From Candidatus Woesearchaeota archaeon (GTDB lineage: Archaea; Nanobdellota; Nanobdellia; Woesearchaeales; GW2011-AR9), in contig JABHQW010000008.1 of assembly GCA_018696595.1 (NCBI GenBank), forward strand, positions 268,522-332,521: DNA of 64,000 nt, written 5' to 3'. Of this stretch, positions 35,157 to 44,939 are shown piece by piece. The position numbers and the translations under genes were made by a program. How positions within the stretch are numbered: position 1 is the first letter of the stretch; each line of letters starts with the position of its first letter. The notes beneath the pieces were generated by a model. It was not told the origin of the DNA. It saw only the letters and a program-made list of their open reading frames with translations, and did not search any database.

Positions 35157-35663
35157 ATGGCAACTAAAAAACCAAAAACAATTCCTTATAGAAGGAAAAG
35201 AGAAGGAAAAACTAACTATACCAAAAGGTTAAAGTTATTACTTTCAAAGAAACCAAGATTGGTTGTAAGATTAACAAATACTCAGGTTATTGCTCAGTTA
35301 ATAGAATTCTCTAGTGAAGGAGACAAAGTTTTAGTTAGTGTTGATTCTTCTACATTAAAGAACATGGGTTGGAATCATTCTTTTAAGAATCGATCTGCTG
35401 CTTATTTGGCTGGTCTTTTATTAGGAAAGAAAGCTGTAGAAAAGAAATTGGAAGGAGCAGTTTTAGACACAGGATTCAAATTATTAATGAAGAAAGGCAA
35501 GTTAACTGCTTTCCTTAAGGGAGTAATTGATTCAGGATTTACTGTTCCTTACGGAAGTGAAGAAATCTTCCCTGATGAAGAAACTATTGCAGGTAAACAT
35601 ATTATTAATCAAGAAAAGATTACTGAAGAATTTAATCAAGTTAAAGCAAAGATAATGGGATAA
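35157..35663 (+). CDS. rpl18: Ribosomal protein uL18
   Basis: PYRRKREGKTNYTKRLKLL...RLVVRLTNTQVIAQL is L18/L5e-like. Confidence 0.9.
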   Translation: MATKKPKTIPYRRKREGKTNYTKRLKLLLSKKPRLVVRLTNTQVIAQLIEFSSEGDKVLVSVDSSTLKNMGWNHSFKNRSAAYLAGLLLGKKAVEKKLEGAVLDTGFKLLMKKGKLTAFLKGVIDSGFTVPYGSEEIFPDEETIAGKHIINQEKITEEFNQVKAKIMG

Positions 35664-35671
35664 TACTAAAA

Positions 35672-36718
35672 ATGGCTGAAGAAAAAACAAAATCTGCTGG
35701 AAATGCAAGAAATACAGGGAATGCAAGAAATGCTGGAAATGCAAGAAACGCAAGAAATCCTAGGAATTCAAGAAATACAAAGAATGCACGGTATTCTAGA
35801 CCCAGAGAAGAACCTCGGCCACTTTCAGAAACTTGGACACCTAAGACTCAATTAGGAATCGAAGTAAAGAAGGGCGAAGTTACAGATATTGAACAGATTT
35901 TTGCTCAAGGAAAAATGATTCTGGAAGCAGAGATTGTTGATATGCTTTTACCAAACCTGGAAGACGAGTTATTATTAGTTGGACAAGCTAAAGGTAAATT
36001 TGGCGGTGGTCAAAGAAGAATTTTTAGACAAACCCAAAAGAAAACTAAAGAAGGAAATAAAATTCACTTTTTAACTTATGCAGCTGTTGGAAACAAAAAT
36101 GGCTATGTTGGCGTTGGAACAGGAAAAAGTAAAGAAACAGTTCCCGCAAGAGACAAATCAAAACGTAAAGCTAAATTAAATTTAATGAGAGTTAGAAGAG
36201 GATGTGGAAGTTGGGAATGTAATTGTAAACAACCGCATTCAGTTCCATTTGCTAGCAGTGGTAAGTGTGGTTCCGTTGAAGTTACTTTAATGCCCGCTCC
36301 GAAAGGAAAAGGACTTTGTGTAGAAAAAGAATGTGCAAAGATTTTAGAGTTAGCTGGGATCAAAGATGTTTGGAGTAGAACATCTGGACAAACTAAAGTT
36401 AAAGTTAATCTAATTGCGGCATTAATGGATGCTATTAAGAATTTATCTCAAGTTAAACTTAAACCAGGTGATATTGAAAAGTTAGGAATTGTTGAAGGTA
36501 AAATGAAATCTGACGACGAAGAACTCCCTACTGTTGCTGTTGAAGCGGACTCAGAAACCGAAGTGGCTGAAGAGAAAACTGAAGAAGTTGCTGTTGAAGA
36601 AGCAAAAGAAGAAGAGAAGGTAGAAGTTAAAGAAGAAAAGACTCCTGATCAAGCTGAACTAACTGAAGCGGAAGCAGATTCAGAAGCAAGTGAAGAAGAG
36701 AAAGAGGAATCAAGTTAA
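35672..36718 (+). CDS. rps5: Ribosomal protein uS5 with an N-terminal GNARN tandem repeat and an acidic C-terminal tail
   Basis: S5 dsRBD and C-domain, with GKFGGGQRR and VGVGTGKSKETVPA. Cys cluster GCGSWECNCKQPH. Confidence 0.9.
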   Translation: MAEEKTKSAGNARNTGNARNAGNARNARNPRNSRNTKNARYSRPREEPRPLSETWTPKTQLGIEVKKGEVTDIEQIFAQGKMILEAEIVDMLLPNLEDELLLVGQAKGKFGGGQRRIFRQTQKKTKEGNKIHFLTYAAVGNKNGYVGVGTGKSKETVPARDKSKRKAKLNLMRVRRGCGSWECNCKQPHSVPFASSGKCGSVEVTLMPAPKGKGLCVEKECAKILELAGIKDVWSRTSGQTKVKVNLIAALMDAIKNLSQVKLKPGDIEKLGIVEGKMKSDDEELPTVAVEADSETEVAEEKTEEVAVEEAKEEEKVEVKEEKTPDQAELTEAEADSEASEEEKEESS

Positions 36719-36719
36719 A

Positions 36720-37244
36720 ATGACTCAAGAAGAAAAAGTTCAAACAACTGAACCTAAGACTGAAGTTAAAACTGAAGTTAAGAAAGAAGCTAGTGTTAAG
36801 GAGACTCCTAAAAATACTAGTGGAAAGATAGCAATAGTTTTAGTTCGTGGAATTGTTGGATTACCTCAACCAGTTAAAGACACATTATTTTTACTTAATA
36901 TAAACAGAAAAAATCATTGCGTTGTTGTTAAAAACAGTCCCGTTAATTTGGGTATGATCAAGAAAGTAAAAGATTATGTTACTTGGGGAGAAATCTCTGA
37001 TGATGTATATAATCAGTTAGTTGAGAAACGTGGAGAAGAATACGAAGGAAGATTATCTGATAGCAAAAAGAAGTATAATTATAAAACGTTAGACATCAAT
37101 GGTAAAAAATATAAAAGATATTTCAGATTAAATCCGCCAAGAAAAGGTTTCGGCCGAAAAGGTATAAAGATTGCTTTCAAAGTTGGTGGAGGATTAGGAG
37201 ATAGAAAGGAAAAGATGAATGATCTGATCCTAAGAATGTTATAA
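36720..37244 (+). CDS. rpl30: Ribosomal protein uL30
   Basis: IAIVLVRGIVGLPQPVKDTLFLLNINRKNHCVVV is L30/L7e-like. Start placed at the ATG after the rps5 stop. Confidence 0.85.
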   Translation: MTQEEKVQTTEPKTEVKTEVKKEASVKETPKNTSGKIAIVLVRGIVGLPQPVKDTLFLLNINRKNHCVVVKNSPVNLGMIKKVKDYVTWGEISDDVYNQLVEKRGEEYEGRLSDSKKKYNYKTLDINGKKYKRYFRLNPPRKGFGRKGIKIAFKVGGGLGDRKEKMNDLILRML

Positions 37245-37264
37245 TTATTTAAGGAAATAAAAAA

Positions 37265-37750
37265 ATGGTAACTAATAAAGCAAAAAAAGTAACTAAGTAC
37301 AGAAGTCATACTACTCATGGCGGCGGTCATCGTAAGAAAAGACGTGGCGCTGGTTCCCGAGGAGGAAGAGGAAATGCAGGTACTGGTAAAAGAGCAGGAC
37401 AGAAGAAAGCAGGTATCTCTCGAAAGTTAGGGAAACATGGATTTACTAGTAAAAGTAGAACTAGAGTAAGATCTATTAATGTTAACTATTTTACTGAAAA
37501 AGTTATGGAAAAGTTGGTTGCTAATAACAAAGTTAAAAAAGAGGGAGAACTTTACATTATTAATCTGGCCGATTTAGGTTATCAGAAACTACTTGGAACG
37601 GGTCAAACTAAATTTAAACTTAAGTTATCTGTTGCTAAGTTCACCGCAAAGGCAGAAGAAAAAATCAAATCTGCAGGTGGAGAAATAGTTTTTGGTACCG
37701 TTGAAGAAACTAAAAAAGCAATTAAAGAAGAAAACAAAACTCAATCTTAA
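37265..37750 (+). CDS. rpl15: Ribosomal protein uL15
   Basis: HTTHGGGHRKKRRGAGSRGGRGNAGTGKR is L15-like. Confidence 0.9.
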   Translation: MVTNKAKKVTKYRSHTTHGGGHRKKRRGAGSRGGRGNAGTGKRAGQKKAGISRKLGKHGFTSKSRTRVRSINVNYFTEKVMEKLVANNKVKKEGELYIINLADLGYQKLLGTGQTKFKLKLSVAKFTAKAEEKIKSAGGEIVFGTVEETKKAIKEENKTQS

Positions 37751-37752
37751 AA

Positions 37753-39177
37753 ATGTCTATCTTAGATACAATTAGTAGGTACTTACCAGAGGTAAGAGGA
37801 CCGAAACAAAAAAGATTACCATTTAAAGAGAAACTAAAATGGACTTTGGTTGTTCTGGTTATTTTTTATGTGATGGGAATGATTCCATTATTTGGGTTAG
37901 GTAAAAACGCTTTATCTCAATTTGAATTTTTATCAATTATTTTAGGTGCATCTTTTGGAAGTATTATTTCTTTAGGAATTGGTCCGATTGTTACTGCATC
38001 TATTGTATTACAATTATTGTCGGGAACGGGAATATTAAACATGGACATGACTACTACTGAAGGTAGGCAAAGGTTCCAAGGGTTACAAAAGATTTTGGCA
38101 ATCTTCTTTATTGTTTTTGAAGCAATAATTTATGTCGCTATGGGTGGTTTAGCTCCTAGTGATGCTTTCATGGGGACACCAATATTTTTTCAGTTAGAAA
38201 TGTTGTTAATGTTCCAGTTAATTCTAGGTGGAATTGTAATTATGTTTTTGGACGAAGTTATTAGTAAATGGGGTTTTGGTTCTGGTATTTCGTTATTTAT
38301 TGCGGGTGGAGTAGCTCAGCAAATTTTAATTAGGTTACTTAGTCCTTTCACTGCTAGTGGAATTCAAGGAGGAGCAGTTGGATTGGGATACCCTTTTGGG
38401 ATAGAACCAGCTTCTGGAAAGATCTGGGAAATATTTTATGCTTTAAGTCAGAATGATTTACAATTGTTTGGATTGGCATTCGCTTCTATATTAGCTACGG
38501 TGATTGTATTCTTAATTTGCGTTTATGGGCAAGCAATGAAAGTTGAGATCCCGTTATCTTTTGGAAAAGTACGTGGTTACGGAATGAGATGGCCATTAAA
38601 TTTCTTTTATACATCTAACATTCCGGTTATTTTAGTTGCTGCACTGATGGCAAACATACAATTAGTAGCTAGTTTACTGGAGAAGTGGGGTCATCCTTGG
38701 TTTGGAACTTTTTCTGGAAACACGCCAGTTAGTGGTTTAGTTTATTGGGTACATTCTCCTGACATTTTACAGAATGTTATTAAAGGAAGTTTTGTTTGGA
38801 GTATGTTGGGACAAGCAGCAATTTATATTATCATTTTTATTTTAGGTTCAGTGTTGTTTTCTGTATTTTGGATGCAGACTGCTAACATGGATGCTAAGAG
38901 TCAAGCTAAACAGATATTATCTTCTGGTTTACAGATCCCTGGTTTTAGAAGGGATGAACGGGTTTTGGAAAGGATTCTGAAAAGGTACATTTGGCCATTA
39001 ACTATTGTCGGTGGAGCAGCTATTGGATTATTAGCAGCACTTGCTGATTTGACTGGTGCATTATCGCGAGGAACTGGTATTTTATTAGCTGTTATGATTG
39101 TCTATAAGTTGTATGAAGAAATTGCTAAGCAACATATGATGGACATGCATCCTGCTATGAGAAAGTTCATGGAGTGA
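37753..39177 (+). CDS. secY: Preprotein translocase SecY
   Basis: 10-TM topology. SecY motifs. Position after rpl15. Confidence 0.95.
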   Translation: MSILDTISRYLPEVRGPKQKRLPFKEKLKWTLVVLVIFYVMGMIPLFGLGKNALSQFEFLSIILGASFGSIISLGIGPIVTASIVLQLLSGTGILNMDMTTTEGRQRFQGLQKILAIFFIVFEAIIYVAMGGLAPSDAFMGTPIFFQLEMLLMFQLILGGIVIMFLDEVISKWGFGSGISLFIAGGVAQQILIRLLSPFTASGIQGGAVGLGYPFGIEPASGKIWEIFYALSQNDLQLFGLAFASILATVIVFLICVYGQAMKVEIPLSFGKVRGYGMRWPLNFFYTSNIPVILVAALMANIQLVASLLEKWGHPWFGTFSGNTPVSGLVYWVHSPDILQNVIKGSFVWSMLGQAAIYIIIFILGSVLFSVFWMQTANMDAKSQAKQILSSGLQIPGFRRDERVLERILKRYIWPLTIVGGAAIGLLAALADLTGALSRGTGILLAVMIVYKLYEEIAKQHMMDMHPAMRKFME

Positions 39178-39246
39178 GGTTTAATTCTATTAGAAACGCA
39201 GCAAATCCATAACCTTTATATATAATCCTTTAATAAAAACTATAAA

Positions 39247-40047
39247 ATGGCTTTTGAAAATGTATTAGATCCGGTGTTTAATCCGATACTACAACCTTTA
39301 CTAAATAAGAGTCCGTTCTTGGCAATCTTAATCTTGGCTGTAGTAATTTCTGTAGTAATTGTTATTGTTTACAAATTAATGACCGATCAAGTCAAAATGA
39401 AAGAAATGAAAGATCAGCAGAAAGAATCTCAAAAGAAGATGAAAGAACTTAAAGATAATCCTGCTGAGATGATGAAAGTTCAGAAAGAAGCAATGAAAAT
39501 GAACATGGAATATATGAAAAAGTCTTTCAAACCAACATTAGTTACTATGATCCCTATCTTATTAATCTTTGGCTGGATGGCTGGTCACTTTAGTTATGAT
39601 CCTATTCTTCCTGGTGAAACTTTTAATATTACCGCAGATTTCTTGGAAGGTATCAAGGGAGAAGCCGAACTTATCCCGGATGCTGGGATGGAACTGATTA
39701 GTGAAGCCAAACAAGAAGTATCTGGGGCTAAAGTGAATTGGAAACTGAAAAGCACGGCCGGAGAGCATGCCATTAAAGTTAAAGTCGGTGATTCGATCGA
39801 AGAAAAAGAAATTTTAATTACAACAGAAGTTAAGGTTGCTCCCATATCTAAAGCGTATGAACATTCAGACATTAAATCTATTACAATTAATTACGATCAG
39901 TTAAAACCATTAAATCATTTATTTAGTGATGGTGAAAAACAAGCTAGTTTGTCTATCTTTGGCTGGCAACCTGGTTGGTTAGCTCTTTACATCATATTTT
40001 CATTGATCTTTAGTATGGGATTAAGAAAATTATTAAAGATTTACTGA
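39247..40047 (+). CDS. Archaeal Oxa1/YidC-superfamily insertase (DUF106/EMC3-like) with a C-terminal extension
   Basis: TM, K-rich coiled coil, then TM PTLVTMIPILLIFGWM. It occupies the conserved position downstream of secY. Confidence 0.65.
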   Translation: MAFENVLDPVFNPILQPLLNKSPFLAILILAVVISVVIVIVYKLMTDQVKMKEMKDQQKESQKKMKELKDNPAEMMKVQKEAMKMNMEYMKKSFKPTLVTMIPILLIFGWMAGHFSYDPILPGETFNITADFLEGIKGEAELIPDAGMELISEAKQEVSGAKVNWKLKSTAGEHAIKVKVGDSIEEKEILITTEVKVAPISKAYEHSDIKSITINYDQLKPLNHLFSDGEKQASLSIFGWQPGWLALYIIFSLIFSMGLRKLLKIY

Positions 40048-40097
40048 TTTATTTTTTTAAATATTTAATTTAATATTTAACTTAAGGGAGGGGAAAA

Positions 40098-41234
40098 ATG
40101 ACACATTTTGAGAAGAAAGAAGAAAGTGATTCAACAAGTCACGAAAATAAAAATCATCATGAACACAGTAAACACCATGAACATCATGAACCTAAAACGG
40201 AAGTTTATCACGATCATAAACACAAATCCGAGGTTCATAAACCACATGGCGAGAAAAAGAAAAAAAGTATGAAAGTTAATTTATGGAAAGTTTTTACGGG
40301 AGTATTAGCAATATTATTATTAGTTTCGTTATACTTTAATTTTAGTGGAACTGCTTTTTCTTCAGAAGAAACAGTTGCAACTGAAACTCTTGGATTTGTT
40401 AATAGTGTACTATTACAAGGACAATCAGCAGCAAAGTTGCTAACTATTGAAGAAAAGTCCGGTTTGTATAACATGAAATTAAGCCTTTCTGGACAAGAGA
40501 TTGACAGTTACGTTACTAAAGATGGAGAAATATTCTTCCCACAAGGTTTAATGACTAATGAGGAAGTTGAAACTTCTGATGCTTCTGCTCAGGCAGCCGC
40601 AACTGTTGATGTTCCTAAAACTGATAAGCCAGTAGTCGATTTATTTGTAATGTCACATTGTCCTTACGGAACTCAAGCAGAGAAAGGAATCTTACCAATC
40701 GTAAATTTATTGGGAGATAAAGTTGACTTTGAGTTGAAGTTTGTTAATTATGCAATGCATGGTAAGAAAGAACTTGACGAACAGCTTAACCAATATTGTA
40801 TCCAGAAAGAACAAAATGATAAGTTTAATGCTTATTTGGAATGTTTCTTAGGTGCTGGAGATGGTGAAAGTTGTTTAACTTCTACTGAAGTTGATGTGGC
40901 TAAAATGAAATCTTGCGTTGATAAGGCTGATAAAGAATTTAAGATCTCTGAACTTTTTGCTGATCAAACATCTTGGCAAGGGGGAAAGTTTCCTCAGTTT
41001 AACACCCACGATCAAGAAAATGAGTTGTATGGCGTTCAAGGAAGTCCAACTTTGATTATTAATGGTGTTAAGGTTTCTTCCGCTAGGAGTCCAGCTGCTT
41101 ATTTAGACACCGTTTGTGGTGCTTTCTCAGAGCAGCCTGTTGAGTGTACTGAATCAACTGGGGTAAGCACAGAAACTTACCAACCTGGATTTGGTTACGA
41201 AGCAGGAACAGCTACAGCAGCAAGTTGTGGTTAG
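40098..41234 (+). CDS. Membrane-anchored thioredoxin-fold (DsbA-like) protein with a His-rich N-terminus
   Basis: N-terminal HHEHSKHHEHHE. One TM. CxxC-like SHCPYG. GSPTLIINGVKV is thioredoxin-like. Confidence 0.5.
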   Translation: MTHFEKKEESDSTSHENKNHHEHSKHHEHHEPKTEVYHDHKHKSEVHKPHGEKKKKSMKVNLWKVFTGVLAILLLVSLYFNFSGTAFSSEETVATETLGFVNSVLLQGQSAAKLLTIEEKSGLYNMKLSLSGQEIDSYVTKDGEIFFPQGLMTNEEVETSDASAQAAATVDVPKTDKPVVDLFVMSHCPYGTQAEKGILPIVNLLGDKVDFELKFVNYAMHGKKELDEQLNQYCIQKEQNDKFNAYLECFLGAGDGESCLTSTEVDVAKMKSCVDKADKEFKISELFADQTSWQGGKFPQFNTHDQENELYGVQGSPTLIINGVKVSSARSPAAYLDTVCGAFSEQPVECTESTGVSTETYQPGFGYEAGTATAASCG

Positions 41235-41268
41235 TTTTTTATTTTTTCTTTCTTTTTTCTTAGTAAAC

Positions 41269-41276
41269 TTTATAAA
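41269..41276 (+). promoter_or_regulatory. Putative TATA box (CTTTATAAAC) about 110 nt upstream of rpl34e
   Basis: Same 10-mer as the rpl3 promoter. Followed by a leader carrying the GC-rich palindrome GACTCGAGTC (41325-41334). Confidence 0.4.
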
Positions 41277-41384
41277 CCACATTCTTTCTGGGTATAATAA
41301 GTCCCAAGTGGACGATTCGGAGGCGACTCGAGTCATATATTGATTCTAATTAGCTTCTTAAAATAACATAAAGGTGAAATAAAC

Positions 41385-41660
41385 ATGCCAAGAGGAATGC
41401 ATAAATCGAGAACATTAAGACAAGTATTCGTTAAAACTCCCGGTGGAAAGACTGTAAAACATTTCAGAAGAAGAAAACCATCTAAGACAATTTGCGGATC
41501 TTGTAAAAAAGAATTAAAGGGAGTACCTAAAGATATCCCTTCAAAAGTGAGAGCAATACCAAAATCTGCAAGACGACCAGAGCGACCTTATGGTGGCGTA
41601 TTTTGTTCAGCTTGTACTAGAAAGTTATTACAACAAAAGGCTAGGGAGGGAGAAAAATGA
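41385..41660 (+). CDS. rpl34e: Ribosomal protein eL34
   Basis: MPRGMHKSRTLRQVFVKTPGGK...CGSC is L34e-like. Confidence 0.9.
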   Translation: MPRGMHKSRTLRQVFVKTPGGKTVKHFRRRKPSKTICGSCKKELKGVPKDIPSKVRAIPKSARRPERPYGGVFCSACTRKLLQQKAREGEK

Positions 41661-42088
41661 GTTTATTCCAAGTAGGACGATTAGCAGTGAAAATCGCAGG
41701 CCGTGACGCAGGAAGAAAGTGCGTAATTGTTGAACTAATTGATCAGAATTTTGCAGTTATTGATGGTGATGTAAGAAGGAAAAAAGTTAACCTTAGACAT
41801 TTAGAACCGTTAACACAAACTGTTGATCTTAAAGACAAAGCTTCTCATGATGAAGTTAAGAAAGCTTTTGAAAAGTTGGAATTACCGGTTTGGGAAAAGA
41901 AAAGTAAAACTCCAGCCCCAAGAGTAAAGAAGACTAAAAAAGTTAAGGCAAAACCCGCTACAGAGAAAAAGGTTAAGAAAGAAACTAAGAAAGAAGAGAA
42001 AACTGTAGAAAAGAAGGAAGTGCCTAAGACCGAAGAGAAGCCTGTTGAGAAGCCAGTAGAAGAAAAAGCTGCAGAGAAGAAAGAGTAA
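41657..42088 (+). CDS. rpl14e: Ribosomal protein eL14 (KOW) with a K/E-rich tail
   Basis: VGRLAVKIAGRDAGRKCVIVELID is L14e-like. Confidence 0.85.
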   Translation: MSLFQVGRLAVKIAGRDAGRKCVIVELIDQNFAVIDGDVRRKKVNLRHLEPLTQTVDLKDKASHDEVKKAFEKLELPVWEKKSKTPAPRVKKTKKVKAKPATEKKVKKETKKEEKTVEKKEVPKTEEKPVEKPVEEKAAEKKE

Positions 42089-42106
42089 TTTCTTTTATTT
42101 ATTTTT

Positions 42107-43762
42107 TTATTTTTTATTTTCTTTTAAAACTTCAAACAATTTCTCAAGATCCAATTCCATTCCAACAACTGGAACAACTAATTCCCAATTGTTAAGAACT
42201 TTTGGAGACAATTCTCCGATAAAGCCAACAATAATATCTTTAATAATAATTTCACCAACCCTACCCAATATAAAACTAGGATGCGAAGTTTCTTTTACAG
42301 AAAATTCTAATCCTAAAGAACCCATTAAAGCAGCTAAGATTTGCCTAACCTCAGTAAAGTCAGTTTTCTCATGACAAATAGTAATCCCTAAGTGCTCAGT
42401 TTCAACAACTTTCGTTTCAGTATCTCCTGAAACAAAAGTTCTTCCAATCTCAAAAATGTTTTGTGGATATTCGTGATGCTGATTATCTTTTAAATTTAAT
42501 AATAAGCTTGGTAAAATCCAATTTCTGAGATGGTTATGTTCACCTAATGCATTCTTTAAAGGAATAATCTCATTTTCTAAAAGCATTTTCTCATTAAGGT
42601 TTTCTTTAGTAATCAAATGATAATTCTTAACTTCTAATAATTTTAATCCTACTAAGATCTCTCTAATTTTTTTAGAAAACTTTTCCAAAGGATCTTCTTC
42701 TGCTACAGTTGCAACGTTGGGAATTGTTTCTTCAAAGTTTTCATAACCATAAGCAATAGCAATATCTTCAGCTAGGTCTACTTGGTGTAAAATGTCTGAA
42801 CGATAAGCTGGAATCATCACAATTCCATTTTCATAACCGTAACCCATTTTTTCAAGTTGGGTTTTAGCTTCTTCCTCAGAAAGATTCAACCCTAACCACT
42901 TGTTGATATATCTTAAATCTAATTTCATCTTTTCTGGAGTTAAATCTGGACTTGTTTTTTTACTGTCTGGGTAATCTAATTCTAATGAATAAATTTCACC
43001 ACCCATCTCTGCAAAAGCAGTAACGACCATATTCAAACATTTACTTAACACTTCATAATCAAATCCAGAACATTCAATAAAAACTTCTTTAGTTTCTTCA
43101 GTAATCTTTCCTAGATTATCTGAATTAATAATTGGGGGCATACTTAGAACCTGATTATTATTATCTACAAAAATTGGGAACTTATCTTGTCCTTCTAACA
43201 AATGGCCAAATTCTCTTCCAGTTTTATGTTGAGATAATATTTGCAAACCAGTCATTTCTTTATTTGCTTCTAAAGGTTGAAACTTAATCTTATTTGGGTC
43301 TTCTGCTTTGTAGGTTATTGGGAAACCAATCTTTTCCATTGGATACACACCAAGGGCCATCTTCTTTCTATTTCTGCCATAAGTGATATGTAACTTTTCT
43401 TGGATCTGAATTATTTCTTTTATTTTCTCATCATCAAAATTAATATTCTTTATAATTGCACAAGCAGTATAGGGACGAACTACTTTGACAGATTCCTCAA
43501 CAATTACTTTTTGTCCTGAGCTTTTAATGTCATAATATTTTAATCCGACTTTTTCTCCAATGAAACTAGAGAATGCTCTAGCGAACCCTTGAACTGATAA
43601 TAGGTCCGGCCGGTTAGGAAATATTTCTACAGTAATTTCATTACCTTCAATAGATTCTAAATCCGTTCCTAACATACTAATTCTATCTTTAAGTTCTTCT
43701 AGTGGGAGTTCTTTTCCTACTAGTTGTTCAAATACTTTCTTGTTTAGTGTTATAGTTGGCAT
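42107..43762 (-). CDS. pheT: Phenylalanine--tRNA ligase beta subunit (archaeal type)
   Basis: MPTITLNKKVFEQLVGK...FPNRPDLLSVQGFARA is the archaeal PheT N-terminus. B3/4 and B5 regions. Confidence 0.9.
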   Translation of the reverse strand: MPTITLNKKVFEQLVGKELPLEELKDRISMLGTDLESIEGNEITVEIFPNRPDLLSVQGFARAFSSFIGEKVGLKYYDIKSSGQKVIVEESVKVVRPYTACAIIKNINFDDEKIKEIIQIQEKLHITYGRNRKKMALGVYPMEKIGFPITYKAEDPNKIKFQPLEANKEMTGLQILSQHKTGREFGHLLEGQDKFPIFVDNNNQVLSMPPIINSDNLGKITEETKEVFIECSGFDYEVLSKCLNMVVTAFAEMGGEIYSLELDYPDSKKTSPDLTPEKMKLDLRYINKWLGLNLSEEEAKTQLEKMGYGYENGIVMIPAYRSDILHQVDLAEDIAIAYGYENFEETIPNVATVAEEDPLEKFSKKIREILVGLKLLEVKNYHLITKENLNEKMLLENEIIPLKNALGEHNHLRNWILPSLLLNLKDNQHHEYPQNIFEIGRTFVSGDTETKVVETEHLGITICHEKTDFTEVRQILAALMGSLGLEFSVKETSHPSFILGRVGEIIIKDIIVGFIGELSPKVLNNWELVVPVVGMELDLEKLFEVLKENKK

Positions 43763-43791
43763 TTTGTTTTTCTCTGTTCTTGGTGATTATT

Positions 43792-44538
43792 TTAAACTAA
43801 TGTTGGTACATCGATAAATTCTACTTCAACATTAAACTTTTCTTTTAACAAAGGCATTAAAGCTTTAACTCCAAACACTTCTGTTTCATAATGTCCACCA
43901 AAGATTACATTAATTTTATTTTCTTTAGCTAAGTGATGTAAATATTGTGAAGATTCTCCAGTAATATAAAGATCTACACCTTTTTGAATTGCTTCAAATG
44001 TATTTTCTGCTGCTCCTCCAGAAATGATGGCAACAGTTTTTATTTCTTTTTTTCCAAAATCTAGACTTCTTGTTTTCATTCCATTTTCTTCTAATGCTTT
44101 TTTAACATCTTCTAATGTTCCAGAAAATTCTCCTTGATATCCAATTGTTTGGTTGTGATGTTCTCCAAATGGTTTAATTTTTTTTAACTTTAGAATATTT
44201 ACAATTTGAATGTTGTTGCCATGGATTGGATGTGCATCTAATGGTAAATGTGCACAATAAACAGCAATATTATTTTCAATTAAGAACTTAACTCTTTCAT
44301 AATGGTGTCCATTAATATGTGTTAATCCTTTATACATCATTCCGTGATGTGTGATTAACATTTGACAGCCAGCTTCTTTAGCTTTTTCAAATGTTTCTAG
44401 GCTTGCATCTACTGAAAAACCAATCTTTTTGATTTCTTCTGTATTTTCTACTTGTAAACCATTATTGGCATAATCCTCAAAGTCTTTGGTCTTCAATTCT
44501 TCGTTTAAAAATCCGCTTATTTCTTTTGCATTTACCAT
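43792..44538 (-). CDS. NIF3-family dinuclear metal centre protein
   Basis: QMLITHHG...HLPLDAHP...DLYITGE are NIF3 metal-binding blocks. Confidence 0.8.
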   Translation of the reverse strand: MVNAKEISGFLNEELKTKDFEDYANNGLQVENTEEIKKIGFSVDASLETFEKAKEAGCQMLITHHGMMYKGLTHINGHHYERVKFLIENNIAVYCAHLPLDAHPIHGNNIQIVNILKLKKIKPFGEHHNQTIGYQGEFSGTLEDVKKALEENGMKTRSLDFGKKEIKTVAIISGGAAENTFEAIQKGVDLYITGESSQYLHHLAKENKINVIFGGHYETEVFGVKALMPLLKEKFNVEVEFIDVPTLV

Positions 44539-44540
44539 TT

Positions 44541-44939
44541 TTATTCTATTACCAACTCCTTAAAATTTGTTTCTTCATCAAGTTTACGACAGAATCTTAA
44601 TGATTCCTCTTCGCCAATGATTAATTCTGCAGTTGTGTAAATTACGCATCCTTCTTTAAGATGTCCCCCAATAACATTTCCTTCTTTATCAGATAAAGAA
44701 ATATGTAGGTGTAAACCATCTTGTGATAAAGTCCCCACTAATGAAACAATTTCAAACTTTTCATTGTACTCTTTTATAACTTCTTCATCTGCTAATCTTA
44801 ACTTTGCTTTCTTTAAACTTCCAACACAGCTGACAATAAAACCCGCAGAAATGTTTTTTTCTTTAGTGAGTAGATTTAATTCTTTCTTTAGATCCATTTC
44901 TGGTTTTAATCTTAATGCATAACTTTTCATTTTAACCAT
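44541..44939 (-). CDS. PPC (DUF296) domain protein
   Basis: YALRLKPEMDLKKEL...GFIVSCVGSL...EIVSLVGTL...HLHISL...GGHL is the PPC pattern. Confidence 0.65.
   Translation of the reverse strand: MVKMKSYALRLKPEMDLKKELNLLTKEKNISAGFIVSCVGSLKKAKLRLADEEVIKEYNEKFEIVSLVGTLSQDGLHLHISLSDKEGNVIGGHLKEGCVIYTTAELIIGEEESLRFCRKLDEETNFKELVIE

Noticed and set aside
35696-35790. Tandem short repeats that might suggest a CRISPR or microsatellite array
   Set aside because: Units are 15-18 nt, in frame and translated as part of uS5. No spacers and no cas genes. No CRISPR array anywhere in the window.
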